A stretch of 64,000 bases of DNA from Candidatus Babeliales bacterium (GTDB lineage Bacteria; Babelota; Babeliae; Babelales; JANWKD01). The notes below the pieces were generated by a model, which did not search any database, was not told the origin of the DNA, and was given only the letters and a program-made list of their open reading frames with translations. Position numbers and translations under genes: made by a program. The stretch covers positions 896,001-960,000 of the forward strand of contig OY969622.1 in assembly GCA_963701665.1 (NCBI GenBank). Reading direction: 5' to 3'. Shown here in pieces: positions 1 through 8,674 of the stretch; within the stretch, counting starts at the first letter, position 1; each line of letters begins with the position of its first letter.

Positions 1-275
1 TTGTCCATTACACAGGCTGGCTTGCCGACAAGCAAAAAAATCCTCGTTTTGACAAACAATTCGATAGCAGCAAGAAACACGGAACCCCATTCCAATTTCC
101 CATTGGCATGGGTAAAGTTATCAGAGGCTGGGATGAAGGAGTCATGACCATGCGAAGGGGAGAAATCCGCCGTATTTACATACCTTCAGGCCTAGCATAT
201 GGGGCTGCTGAAGTTGGCTCTATTCCTCCTTTTTCTGATCTGGTTTTTGACGTTGAACTCATTGATTTTAGATAA
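1..275 (+). CDS. FKBP-type peptidyl-prolyl cis-trans isomerase (5' truncated by the window edge)
   Basis: My translation from nt 3 reads VHYTGWL...FDSS...F.IG.GKVIRGWDEGV..M..GE.R...IPSGLAYG...IPP.SDLVFDVELIDFR*, the FKBP signature. TAA at 273-275. Not in the ORF track. Confidence 0.95.
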   Translation, partial: VHYTGWLADKQKNPRFDKQFDSSKKHGTPFQFPIGMGKVIRGWDEGVMTMRRGEIRRIYIPSGLAYGAAEVGSIPPFSDLVFDVELIDFR

Positions 276-287
276 AGATCTTCCTAA

Positions 288-316
288 AAAAGCCTCCTGG
301 TAACCAGGAGGCTTTT
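288..316 (+). terminator. Intrinsic terminator
   Basis: aaaagcctcctgg-taa-ccaggaggctttt perfect stem just after the FKBP stop. Confidence 0.85.
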
Positions 317-434
317 GCCCCCCCCCTCAGGTTGAAAAAACCCTTTTAAAACCTTGCTTTTTTGGCTTTAGACCTGCTATGCTGAATATGAGGTAATGAC
401 TCAAAAATAGTCTTGATTTAAAAAGGAGAAAATC

Positions 435-704
435 ATGAAAAAGTTCTTATATGCTTTACTCGTTCTTGTTGGTTTTGCTATCGTAACACCAGCAGTTGCA
501 CAAATAGGCCATAGAGGCGAAAACCCAACAGTGCCACAAAACTTACGACCAGCAGGCCGACCAGCGGGGCAAAGATATGGTCATGAAGGTGAAAACCCAA
601 CAACCAGAAGATTTGGTCATCGTGGAGAAAATCCAAATGCAAATAATTGGCAACAAGAACACAAAGGTATTCGCGCTATCTCAGGAACACAATACCCACG
701 TTAA
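435..704 (+). CDS. Small secreted protein with three GH(R/E)GENP repeats
   Basis: AAGGAG RBS upstream; signal peptide ending AVA; repeats IGHRGENP, YGHEGENP, FGHRGENP. Confidence 0.8.
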   Translation: MKKFLYALLVLVGFAIVTPAVAQIGHRGENPTVPQNLRPAGRPAGQRYGHEGENPTTRRFGHRGENPNANNWQQEHKGIRAISGTQYPR

Positions 705-773
705 TGTGCTAGAAAAAATTGAAGCTAAGAATAAAACTCTTAGCTTCTTTGTTTTTAATAAAAGGAGTTTCTA

Positions 774-995
774 ATGCATTTGCCAAGAATTTTTATACTT
801 TCGATTGTTATTCTTTCTTCGTCATCTCTTTTTGCGCAGCAGCCCAAAAAGCGTATTGTATCTAGAAAACCAACAACACAAACAGCAACGGTTAAAATTA
901 AGCCTTTAACGCAAAAAAATACTGCCACTGAAAAAACGATTGCTGAACGTGTTCGTAAGCCAAATAAAGCTGCTTTAGAAAATATCGCATTCTAA
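774..995 (+). CDS. Small basic secreted hypothetical protein
   Basis: AAGGAG RBS; signal peptide ending LFA; K/R/T-rich mature part. Confidence 0.7.
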   Translation: MHLPRIFILSIVILSSSSLFAQQPKKRIVSRKPTTQTATVKIKPLTQKNTATEKTIAERVRKPNKAALENIAF

Positions 996-1142
996 ATCAA
1001 CTATTTTTCTCTTGCTTCAAGACAAATTTATTTGACAAATATTGATTTTTATTCAGCTTTTTGCTAAAATTAAAGATAATAAAGCTAGTATATTTTTTAC
1101 AAAAAACTAATTTATCCAATAGATTTAGGTGAAGGAAATATT

Positions 1143-1574
1143 ATGAAAAATCTTTATATTTTTTTAACGGGGCTTTTATGCTGCGCTGCATTAAGCTATC
1201 AAGTGCAGGCTGCTGAACAAGTCCAAGAATTAAATACGCAAATTCAAGCAGATTTAAATAAGCTGGAAGCAGATATCAAACATGCTGAAGCGTATCATCA
1301 AAAAGAACAAGAATATTTAGAAATGGCTGACATGAAACGCGCGATGGAAGAAGACAAAACTCGTGAAGCAGTTGCTCTTTTTGAAATGATTCAGCAAGAA
1401 GCAGAACAAAATAAACCGGTTGAAGAAGAACCTACAGAACAAGCACAAGAAGTAAATCTTGATGATGTCTTAAAAGATTTAAACACCATGAATAAAACAG
1501 AAGAAGAAATTCTCCAAGAACAACCGTTACAAAACGATGTTCAAGAAGCTTTAAAATCAGCTGACGATATTTGA
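1143..1574 (+). CDS. Secreted acidic coiled-coil hypothetical protein
   Basis: GAAGGA RBS; signal peptide ending VQA; E/Q-rich helical mature part. Confidence 0.8.
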   Translation: MKNLYIFLTGLLCCAALSYQVQAAEQVQELNTQIQADLNKLEADIKHAEAYHQKEQEYLEMADMKRAMEEDKTREAVALFEMIQQEAEQNKPVEEEPTEQAQEVNLDDVLKDLNTMNKTEEEILQEQPLQNDVQEALKSADDI

Positions 1575-1592
1575 AACTGCTTAATTTTTTTA

Positions 1593-1649
1593 TTAAAAGT
1601 TACAAAAAAAAAGGTACCGAATCGGTACCTTTTTTTTTGTAACTTTTAA
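1593..1649. terminator. Bidirectional intrinsic terminator (28-bp perfect inverted repeat)
   Basis: ttaaaagttacaaaaaaaaaggtaccga-a-tcggtacctttttttttgtaacttttaa between convergent genes, with A9/T9 tracts. Confidence 0.9.
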
Positions 1650-1663
1650 AGTTTAATGACCTA

Positions 1664-2281
1664 TTAATTAGTAGGTACAGCTTGAGCTTTAATGCCTGTA
1701 AGTACAGCGGCAGCCACATCAGTAACTAATTTCTTTTCTAATTCAATGCCTTCAGCTTTCCATTGTGCAAGTTTTTCTGCCCAACGTGCATTTGTGTAAC
1801 GTGCATCCAATACGGCCAGAACCACAAGTGAAATTAATGTTAAAGAAACACCAGCACATGACAGCACCGTTGATTTTAATTCCAGATTATTAACAGCATC
1901 AAGCATTCTTACAAAACCATTCTTCCAAGATTCATCTTCTTCTTCAAGGCGTTTAGCTTTAATATAAGAAATGCGAGATTGGCGATTAGCTAAAGGACCA
2001 TTCACTTTATCATAATATAATGTCTCTTTTGGTTCCCCATATTGATTTAAATTATTTTTCGCTATCCAGGCATCAATCGCTTTTTCTTCGGTGAGATTGC
2101 GCAAATATTCAGGATTTAATAAACCACCTATCACAGCAGTCGTTATTCCTGCTGCTGCCAAACAAAGTGCAGGTTTATAATTTGGCGGCTCAACAACAGC
2201 TTGCACTGATGATTGTCCTAGCGCACAAGCAAAAACGATTGCCAACAAGCCCGCTTTGAATTTTTTTTGTATAGTAAGCAT
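1664..2281 (-). CDS. Exported/membrane hypothetical protein
   Basis: Likely start MLTIQKK at 2281; signal peptide plus two hydrophobic segments flanking IDAWIAKNNLNQYGEPKETLY. Confidence 0.7.
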   Translation of the reverse strand: MLTIQKKFKAGLLAIVFACALGQSSVQAVVEPPNYKPALCLAAAGITTAVIGGLLNPEYLRNLTEEKAIDAWIAKNNLNQYGEPKETLYYDKVNGPLANRQSRISYIKAKRLEEEDESWKNGFVRMLDAVNNLELKSTVLSCAGVSLTLISLVVLAVLDARYTNARWAEKLAQWKAEGIELEKKLVTDVAAAVLTGIKAQAVPTN

Positions 2282-2369
2282 AAAACCCCTAAAAATGAAA
2301 TGATAAACAAACATTTCAAGTATAATCGCTTTCAGATTTTTTTCAATGCTTTTAATTTCTAAAAGAAGG

Positions 2370-3182
2370 TTAAAACTCGCTAAGATTCAATAAAGACAGG
2401 TCAAATTCAGAAAAGAAGGCTTCAAGTAAGAGGTGTTGCGCGCGTTTTTCATCAAATCCACGCGTTTGCAGATACAAAAGTTGTTGCTCGTCAATATGCC
2501 CGAGTGCTGTCCCATGTTTGCAATGAACATCATGAGCCAATATTTCTAGCTGCGGCGTTGATTGCGCTTGCGCGTGCATACTGCCCAGCAATGTTTTGTT
2601 ATATTGGGATGCATGCGCTCGTTGTGCATCCTTTTCAATAACCACCATCCCTCGGTGAATACTTTTAGCTTCATCAGTAACATACCCTTTTAACAGCAAC
2701 TCGCTGTGCGTATTAAACGCTGCATGATGTTGCTCAGTAATTAAGGTGACCTTAGACGACCCTCGCGCTACATATGCCCCTCGTATATTAGCGTGCGCAT
2801 TCTCTCCGAACGCGTGGCATTTAATTTTTATCTGGCGCTCGCCTTCATGCGCAGCAAATGACATGCAAAAATCGAGACGCGCGTTCGTTGCTAAGAAAAA
2901 AGTGTAGGAAGCGTACGCACCATTATATGAGCTTATAATGCGTACGTTAACTTCAGGAAGCACAATCACCATAAGTTCATTATCGCGCTGCGAGTGTTCA
3001 AGCATAATCTCAGGGGCAGATTCGGCATTTATTATTAAGATATTTTTTTGAGCAAGTTGCATATGTCGCGTGCAATCTTTGTCTTCTATAATGCTGGCAG
3101 ACGCCCCATTCGAAATATCTTCGAACGCCTGTATTTGTTTTTGTACCTGCTCAGGCAACACTGTTCGCCATCTATTTTGCAC
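2370..3182 (-). CDS. sufD: Fe-S cluster assembly protein SufD
   Basis: C-terminal SufD motifs PQLEILAHDVHCKHGTALGHIDEQQLLYLQTRG. Confidence 0.9.
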   Translation of the reverse strand: MQNRWRTVLPEQVQKQIQAFEDISNGASASIIEDKDCTRHMQLAQKNILIINAESAPEIMLEHSQRDNELMVIVLPEVNVRIISSYNGAYASYTFFLATNARLDFCMSFAAHEGERQIKIKCHAFGENAHANIRGAYVARGSSKVTLITEQHHAAFNTHSELLLKGYVTDEAKSIHRGMVVIEKDAQRAHASQYNKTLLGSMHAQAQSTPQLEILAHDVHCKHGTALGHIDEQQLLYLQTRGFDEKRAQHLLLEAFFSEFDLSLLNLSEF

Positions 3183-3320
3183 ACGTTTCCTTCGATTAAA
3201 GTGATATTTTTTAAGTATAAAGATTTTTTTAATTTACAATACTGAACAATAACAATACAATATGAAAAAGTTGTTGTTATAACAATAAAAAATTAAATGC
3301 AATAAAATTTCAGGAACGAT

Positions 3321-5015
3321 ATGTTTAAAAAATTACTCTGCTTATTTTTTGTAATAAGCTGTTTGCAAGCCATGGAACAACAAGAAGCATCAGTCCAACA
3401 AAAAGCGCGCAAACTAAAATCATTAAGCTATCCTCGCAATCCCAAGTCGCTCGTTCATATTGCAGCCAAAGCAGCATTTAAAAAAGTTATGCCTGAAAAA
3501 GTCAATGAAAACAATCTTGATGGAACACTCGAGCAACTGAATACTCTTCCTTCAAGAATTGGTCAAGAGTGCGCGCAGATGGTGCAAGATAGAGTTCTTT
3601 ATGAACAACCATATCCTTATTTTAGTGAAACAAATAACACCTATTTAATGGATGCATGCCCAATTTTAAAACGAAAAGTTTTATACAATCCTTGGGGAAC
3701 AACTTTTTGTGTTACTTCCCCTTCAGATAACAATACCGAGGAAGCCGCATTTTACTCACGCGCAGAAGGAATCTTAATTAGAGATAACTTTAAATTTTTA
3801 AGAGGCAAATATCTTTCGTACTTGGAAGGAACAAATCTTGATAGTAGTACCTGTGTACTCAATGTTTTTGAAGATAATAACTGGAAATCAACCGCTGAGA
3901 TAAATCCCAATGATCAAATCATTGATATTTCCTTGTCTCCCGATCGCCAACTTTTAGCACTTGGCCTTAAAAATCAAAAAGTTGCTTTTTGGGAGTTAAA
4001 CGAAGACACACAAGAATGGCAAAAAAATGAACATGAAATAGATTTATCACTTTTCCAAGATCAATTAGAAGCTTCTGTATATCAGTCTCGATCTGGGCGC
4101 AGTTATTTCAAAGCTCCAAATCAATACTATCATTCCAAAAAATCTGATGAACTTAAACATCGAGACTTTTGCACGTATATGACCTCAATCGCTTTTTTAC
4201 CCCTTAAGTCTAATGAACGACCACAATTATTACTGGGCTTGAATACAACTGAATGCCATAAACATCCTAATGAGGGTATTTTGACATTGTGGGAGCTTAC
4301 GTTTAATGGATGGTATTTGAAAGAAATTTTACGCGATAAACATGATTGGCCAATAATTAATATTCAACCATCATCTGATGGAACAAAAGTTTTAACGCAT
4401 ACCCACTCATCACGTAATTGTTGCAATTACACAACGTGCTGGGAAAAAAATAATAATGAAGAATGGTACATTGCAAAAAGAACCCGGCAACAAAGTCCTA
4501 TTCAAATAGCTGCCTCATTTAATCCAACTAATGATTCAAATAATACATTTGTACAAATGTATAGTAACCATGCGCAACGAGACTTAGAATATATAAAACA
4601 ATTTCGCAGTGATGGGACATCATATAGTAAGGCAAGAAAGTTAACAATAACATCAGATGTTAGCCCAGCGTTTGTCTACGAATATAACTGGAAAGCAAAT
4701 TCAACACCTTTTATTTGGTTGAACAACAATGAAGTTGCAATAGGGAATAAAGTATTCTCATTAAATCCTTCTTTGGAATATGGGCTCTGCCAAAAAGCTC
4801 TAGAAACACTTCTGTCGAAAAAAAGAACTTTAAAGAAAGATTATAATAGATCAGCAGAAAGTAGTAAGTTTGGTAGTCGTATAAAAACATTTCTTATCAC
4901 AAATGCTTTTAAAAAATTATCACCCGATGAACAAAGACAGCTCAAAAATTACATACATGAGTCCGAAAAATTTCAAAGAAAAACTGGACACTTACCTAGC
5001 GATATACTTGATTAA
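3321..5015 (+). CDS. Secreted protein with WD40-like beta-propeller repeats (paralog 1)
   Basis: Signal peptide LQA-ME; WD40-like segments such as IIDISLSPDRQLLALGLKNQKVAFWEL and IINIQPSSDGTKVLT...TTCWE. Confidence 0.75.
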   Translation: MFKKLLCLFFVISCLQAMEQQEASVQQKARKLKSLSYPRNPKSLVHIAAKAAFKKVMPEKVNENNLDGTLEQLNTLPSRIGQECAQMVQDRVLYEQPYPYFSETNNTYLMDACPILKRKVLYNPWGTTFCVTSPSDNNTEEAAFYSRAEGILIRDNFKFLRGKYLSYLEGTNLDSSTCVLNVFEDNNWKSTAEINPNDQIIDISLSPDRQLLALGLKNQKVAFWELNEDTQEWQKNEHEIDLSLFQDQLEASVYQSRSGRSYFKAPNQYYHSKKSDELKHRDFCTYMTSIAFLPLKSNERPQLLLGLNTTECHKHPNEGILTLWELTFNGWYLKEILRDKHDWPIINIQPSSDGTKVLTHTHSSRNCCNYTTCWEKNNNEEWYIAKRTRQQSPIQIAASFNPTNDSNNTFVQMYSNHAQRDLEYIKQFRSDGTSYSKARKLTITSDVSPAFVYEYNWKANSTPFIWLNNNEVAIGNKVFSLNPSLEYGLCQKALETLLSKKRTLKKDYNRSAESSKFGSRIKTFLITNAFKKLSPDEQRQLKNYIHESEKFQRKTGHLPSDILD

Positions 5016-5069
5016 TTTCCTTCGATAGTCAGTAAAATATGAACTTTATTCCGAAAGCACTATAAAGAT

Positions 5070-6713
5070 ATGTTTAAAAAATTACTCTGCTTATTCTTTG
5101 TAATAAGCTGTTTGCAAGCCATGGAAGAACAAGAAGCATCAGTCCAACAAAAAGCTCGCAAATTAAAATCACTCAGCTATCCTCACAATCCAAAATCACT
5201 CGTTCATATTGCAGCAAAAGCGGCATTTAAAAAAGTGATGCCTGAAAAAGTTGATGAAGATAATATTGATGAAACGCTCGAGCAACTGAACACTCTTCCT
5301 TCAAGAATTGGTAATGAATGTGCAGCGTTGGTGCAAGATAAAGTTCTTTACGCACAGGCATATCCTTATTTTGGCGAAACGCCCGAAACCTATTTAATGG
5401 ATGCATGTCCAATTTTAGGACAAAAAATAATATTCAGTAACCATTGTCATACTATTCTGGATGCCAGGGAAGAAAAACTTACCGTTAATATACCTAGACC
5501 AAATCACGGAAGAGATAAATTTAAGTTTTTAGGGGGCACCTATCTTTCTTATTTAGAAGATGATCATAACAGCAATATTTGCTGCATACTCAATGTTTTT
5601 GAAAATAATGAATGGAAACCAATCGCAAATATAAATCCAAATGATCAGATTATCGATACCTCCTTATCTTCTGATCGTCAGCTTTTAGCCCTTGGCCTTA
5701 AAAATCAGAAAGTTGTTTTCTGGCAATTAAAAGAAGACACACAGGAATGGCAAAAAAATGAACACGAAATAGATTTGCCGCTTTTTATTGATACATTAGA
5801 AGCTTCTATATATAATGCTCGACCCGGGCGCAGCTATTTGCAAAACCCTGATAAATATTATCATTTCAAAAAATCCGGTGCACTTAAACATAAAGATTTT
5901 TGTACCTCTATATCTTCAATCGCTTTTTTACCTCTTAACCCTAATGAACGACCACAATTATTACTCGGCTTAAATGCAAGCGAATGTCATAAACATCCCA
6001 AAGAGGGGATTTTAACATTATGGGAATTCAATCTTAATGGCTGGCAATTAAAAAATATTCTTCGCGATAAACATGATTGGCCAATAATTAATATTCAACC
6101 ATCATCTGATGGAACAAAAGTTTTAACTCATACGTACGCATCACGCCAGGCAAACCACACAACGTGCTGGGAAAAAAATAATAATGGAGACTGGAATATT
6201 GTTAAAAGAACTCGGCAACAAAATCCTACCAAGACCGTTGCTTCATTTAATCAAACTAATGATTCATTTGTGCAGATGTATAATAAACATGCACAATCAT
6301 TGCTGCGCTATATAAAACAATTTCGCAGTAATGGCACATCGTACAGCAAGGCAAGAAAGTTAACAATAACATCAGATGTTAGCCCAGCGTTTGCCTTTGA
6401 ATACGAATGGAAGACAAATTCAACACCTTTTATTTGGTTGAACAAGGATGAGATCGCTATCAGCAATAAAGTAATTTCATTGAACCCTTCATTAGAATAT
6501 GGGCTTTGTCAAAAGGCTTTAGAAACAGTTCTCAGCTCAGAAAGCACTATGCCTGAATTTTGTGATCGCATTAAAAAATTTCTAGCCACGGAAACTTTCA
6601 AAAAATTATCACCCGATGAACAAGAAAAACTTAAAATTTATCTACAGGAATCTACGAAATTCAAAAATTCTATCCTTTTGACATATTTTGATGGTCTTCT
6701 CAATGATAAGTGA
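5070..6713 (+). CDS. Secreted protein with WD40-like repeats (paralog 2)
   Basis: Tandem paralog of 3321..5015 with a nearly identical N-terminus and the same WD40-like blocks. Confidence 0.75.
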   Translation: MFKKLLCLFFVISCLQAMEEQEASVQQKARKLKSLSYPHNPKSLVHIAAKAAFKKVMPEKVDEDNIDETLEQLNTLPSRIGNECAALVQDKVLYAQAYPYFGETPETYLMDACPILGQKIIFSNHCHTILDAREEKLTVNIPRPNHGRDKFKFLGGTYLSYLEDDHNSNICCILNVFENNEWKPIANINPNDQIIDTSLSSDRQLLALGLKNQKVVFWQLKEDTQEWQKNEHEIDLPLFIDTLEASIYNARPGRSYLQNPDKYYHFKKSGALKHKDFCTSISSIAFLPLNPNERPQLLLGLNASECHKHPKEGILTLWEFNLNGWQLKNILRDKHDWPIINIQPSSDGTKVLTHTYASRQANHTTCWEKNNNGDWNIVKRTRQQNPTKTVASFNQTNDSFVQMYNKHAQSLLRYIKQFRSNGTSYSKARKLTITSDVSPAFAFEYEWKTNSTPFIWLNKDEIAISNKVISLNPSLEYGLCQKALETVLSSESTMPEFCDRIKKFLATETFKKLSPDEQEKLKIYLQESTKFKNSILLTYFDGLLNDK

Positions 6714-6938
6714 TTATTTTGGGTCAGAAATTTTTCATAAAAGTTTCTATTTGTCGTATTGATTAAGTAGGAATAACTTGCTGTCTAGGCTGTTATTCCT
6801 AAAGCGGATCCTTCTCCATTCCCACATAAATTATTTATTTGTAATTTTTACATGGGTTTTGCCGGTACTTTATTGATAAATTACTAATATATGATAAGAT
6901 AGATATAAATGTTGGTTATACCTCTAAAAAAGGTCTTT

Positions 6939-8471
6939 ATGAAAAAATTCCTTGTCCTTTTTGCCCCCCTATTTTTCGTAACTCTACCCCTACAAAGTAT
7001 GCATAGTGATGGTATTCAAAAATCATCGATTTCTTGGTTAATACACCGTGCTGAAAAGAACCCTTATACCATAGCAACTCTATCTATAGGAGCTGCACTG
7101 GGTGGTTATTGGTATGCCACTAATGATTATGAAGATCGTTGGAACTGGGATGAAATTATCATTGGAGACCTGATCTTCCCTAAAGACTTTAAATGGGGTT
7201 CTGCAAATTCCTGTTTACAGGTTGCCGGGACAAAAACATGGTGGGGCGATGTACAAAATAACTGGACAAAATACCAACAAGAAAAAAATATCCCTGTAGA
7301 AAAACATATGGGACATGCCGCAGGCCATTGGAAAAAAGAAATATACCAAAAAGATTTTATGTTAGCGCATGAATTTGGCCTTAACACACATCGTTTCTCT
7401 ATTGAATGGAGCAAAATTCAACCACATTTCAAAGGTCATTTTGATACACTTGCGATGCAACATTACATAGAATACGTACAAGATATGATTGATGCCGAAT
7501 TAGAGCCTATGCCGACATTATTCCACCACTCATGGCCATTGTGGTTTGATGAACTCGGTGCTTTTGAAAAAGCGGAGAATATCGAGCATTTTGTGCGCTT
7601 TGCAACGTATGTTTTTGAAGCATTCAAAAAGGCTGGGCTACTTGAAAAAACGAAATTATGGCTTACGTTCAATGAGCCTGCAGGCTATGCCGCAGGTGCC
7701 TATATTGATGGTAGATACCCACCTAACAAAAGATTTGCTGTGGGGCTCTGTGGTGAAGTATTAAAAAATATGCTCGATGCTCATTGCAAAATCTATGACG
7801 AATTCAAATCGCGTGATAACAGTATACAAATAAGTCTCGCTCATGCATTTGTTCCCATACAACCTTTCAACCCCTGGAATCCATTCGATAAATTTGTTTC
7901 CAGTGTTTTCAATCATTTAGTTAATACTGTTACGCTTGAATATCTTTCTACCGGAAAGTTTAAGTGGTTATATAAGAACACAGAAAATCCGAAAGCATGC
8001 AATAAACTCGATTTCATTGGTGTAAATTATTATAGCCATACCCTTCTTGGATGGTTCAAAGAAAGAAATAGACCCAACACAATTACCGCCGATCCTGTTG
8101 AAGGAAAGAAAGCAAAAGCTGTTTATGCTGAAGGTTTTTATCAGGCATTAAAAAAAGTTACTGAATATTTCCCCCATAAAGCAATTTTTATCACAGAAAA
8201 CGGTTTTGCAACTGATAATGCCGAACACCGAAAACTGTATATTGATCGCCATCTTTACGTATTAAAAAAATTGATTGATGAGGGCACTGAGATTATCGGT
8301 TATTTATGGTGGACTTTAACGGATTGTTATAGTTGGGGTAAAGGAAACTGCAGCAAACACGGTTTATATGAAGTCGATTTTAAGCACTCATCATTACCGC
8401 GAAAATTAAAACCAAGTTCAAGACATTTACAAAATATCATCAAGCACAATCACGAACATTACCAACAGTAA
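6939..8471 (+). CDS. Glycoside hydrolase family 1 (beta-glucosidase-like), exported or membrane-anchored
   Basis: RFSIEWSKIQP, TLFHH, TFNEP (acid/base Glu) and ITENG (nucleophile Glu); likely start MKKFLV at 6939. Confidence 0.92.
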   Translation: MKKFLVLFAPLFFVTLPLQSMHSDGIQKSSISWLIHRAEKNPYTIATLSIGAALGGYWYATNDYEDRWNWDEIIIGDLIFPKDFKWGSANSCLQVAGTKTWWGDVQNNWTKYQQEKNIPVEKHMGHAAGHWKKEIYQKDFMLAHEFGLNTHRFSIEWSKIQPHFKGHFDTLAMQHYIEYVQDMIDAELEPMPTLFHHSWPLWFDELGAFEKAENIEHFVRFATYVFEAFKKAGLLEKTKLWLTFNEPAGYAAGAYIDGRYPPNKRFAVGLCGEVLKNMLDAHCKIYDEFKSRDNSIQISLAHAFVPIQPFNPWNPFDKFVSSVFNHLVNTVTLEYLSTGKFKWLYKNTENPKACNKLDFIGVNYYSHTLLGWFKERNRPNTITADPVEGKKAKAVYAEGFYQALKKVTEYFPHKAIFITENGFATDNAEHRKLYIDRHLYVLKKLIDEGTEIIGYLWWTLTDCYSWGKGNCSKHGLYEVDFKHSSLPRKLKPSSRHLQNIIKHNHEHYQQ

Positions 8472-8511
8472 AAATTAACGCGAATTCGATAAAACTTGCA
8501 ATAAGCACGGT

Positions 8512-8617
8512 GTCATCCCGAGGCTTTAGCCGTGGGGATCCAGACTTCAATACATCCTTAAAAATGAATTAATTTTATTATCTGGATTGCCACGCCACCT
8601 ACGTGGCTCGCAATGAC
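8512..8617. repeat. REPIN-like element A: two inward-facing GTC-tagged hairpin units around an AT-rich spacer
   Basis: gtcatcccgaggctttagccgtggggatccag (8512-8543) ... ctggattgccacgccacctacgtggctcgcaatgac (8582-8617); homologous to 52332-52432 and to the ends of 59259-59649. Confidence 0.88.
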
Positions 8618-8674
8618 GATTTTGTTTGCAATATACATTTCCTACTGCATAATCACTTATCGAATTTGAGTAAA

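Noticed and set aside
577..774. 65-aa ORF overlapping the GHRGENP gene
   Set aside because: Off-frame overlap with no RBS or recognisable features; the 435..704 frame has an RBS, signal peptide and conserved repeats
8512..8617. Plain rho-independent terminator or CRISPR repeat interpretation of the GTC hairpins
   Set aside because: The units are inverted pairs with a shared spacer, dispersed at three loci and not in a direct-repeat array; no cas genes are present. A secondary terminator role is not excluded.
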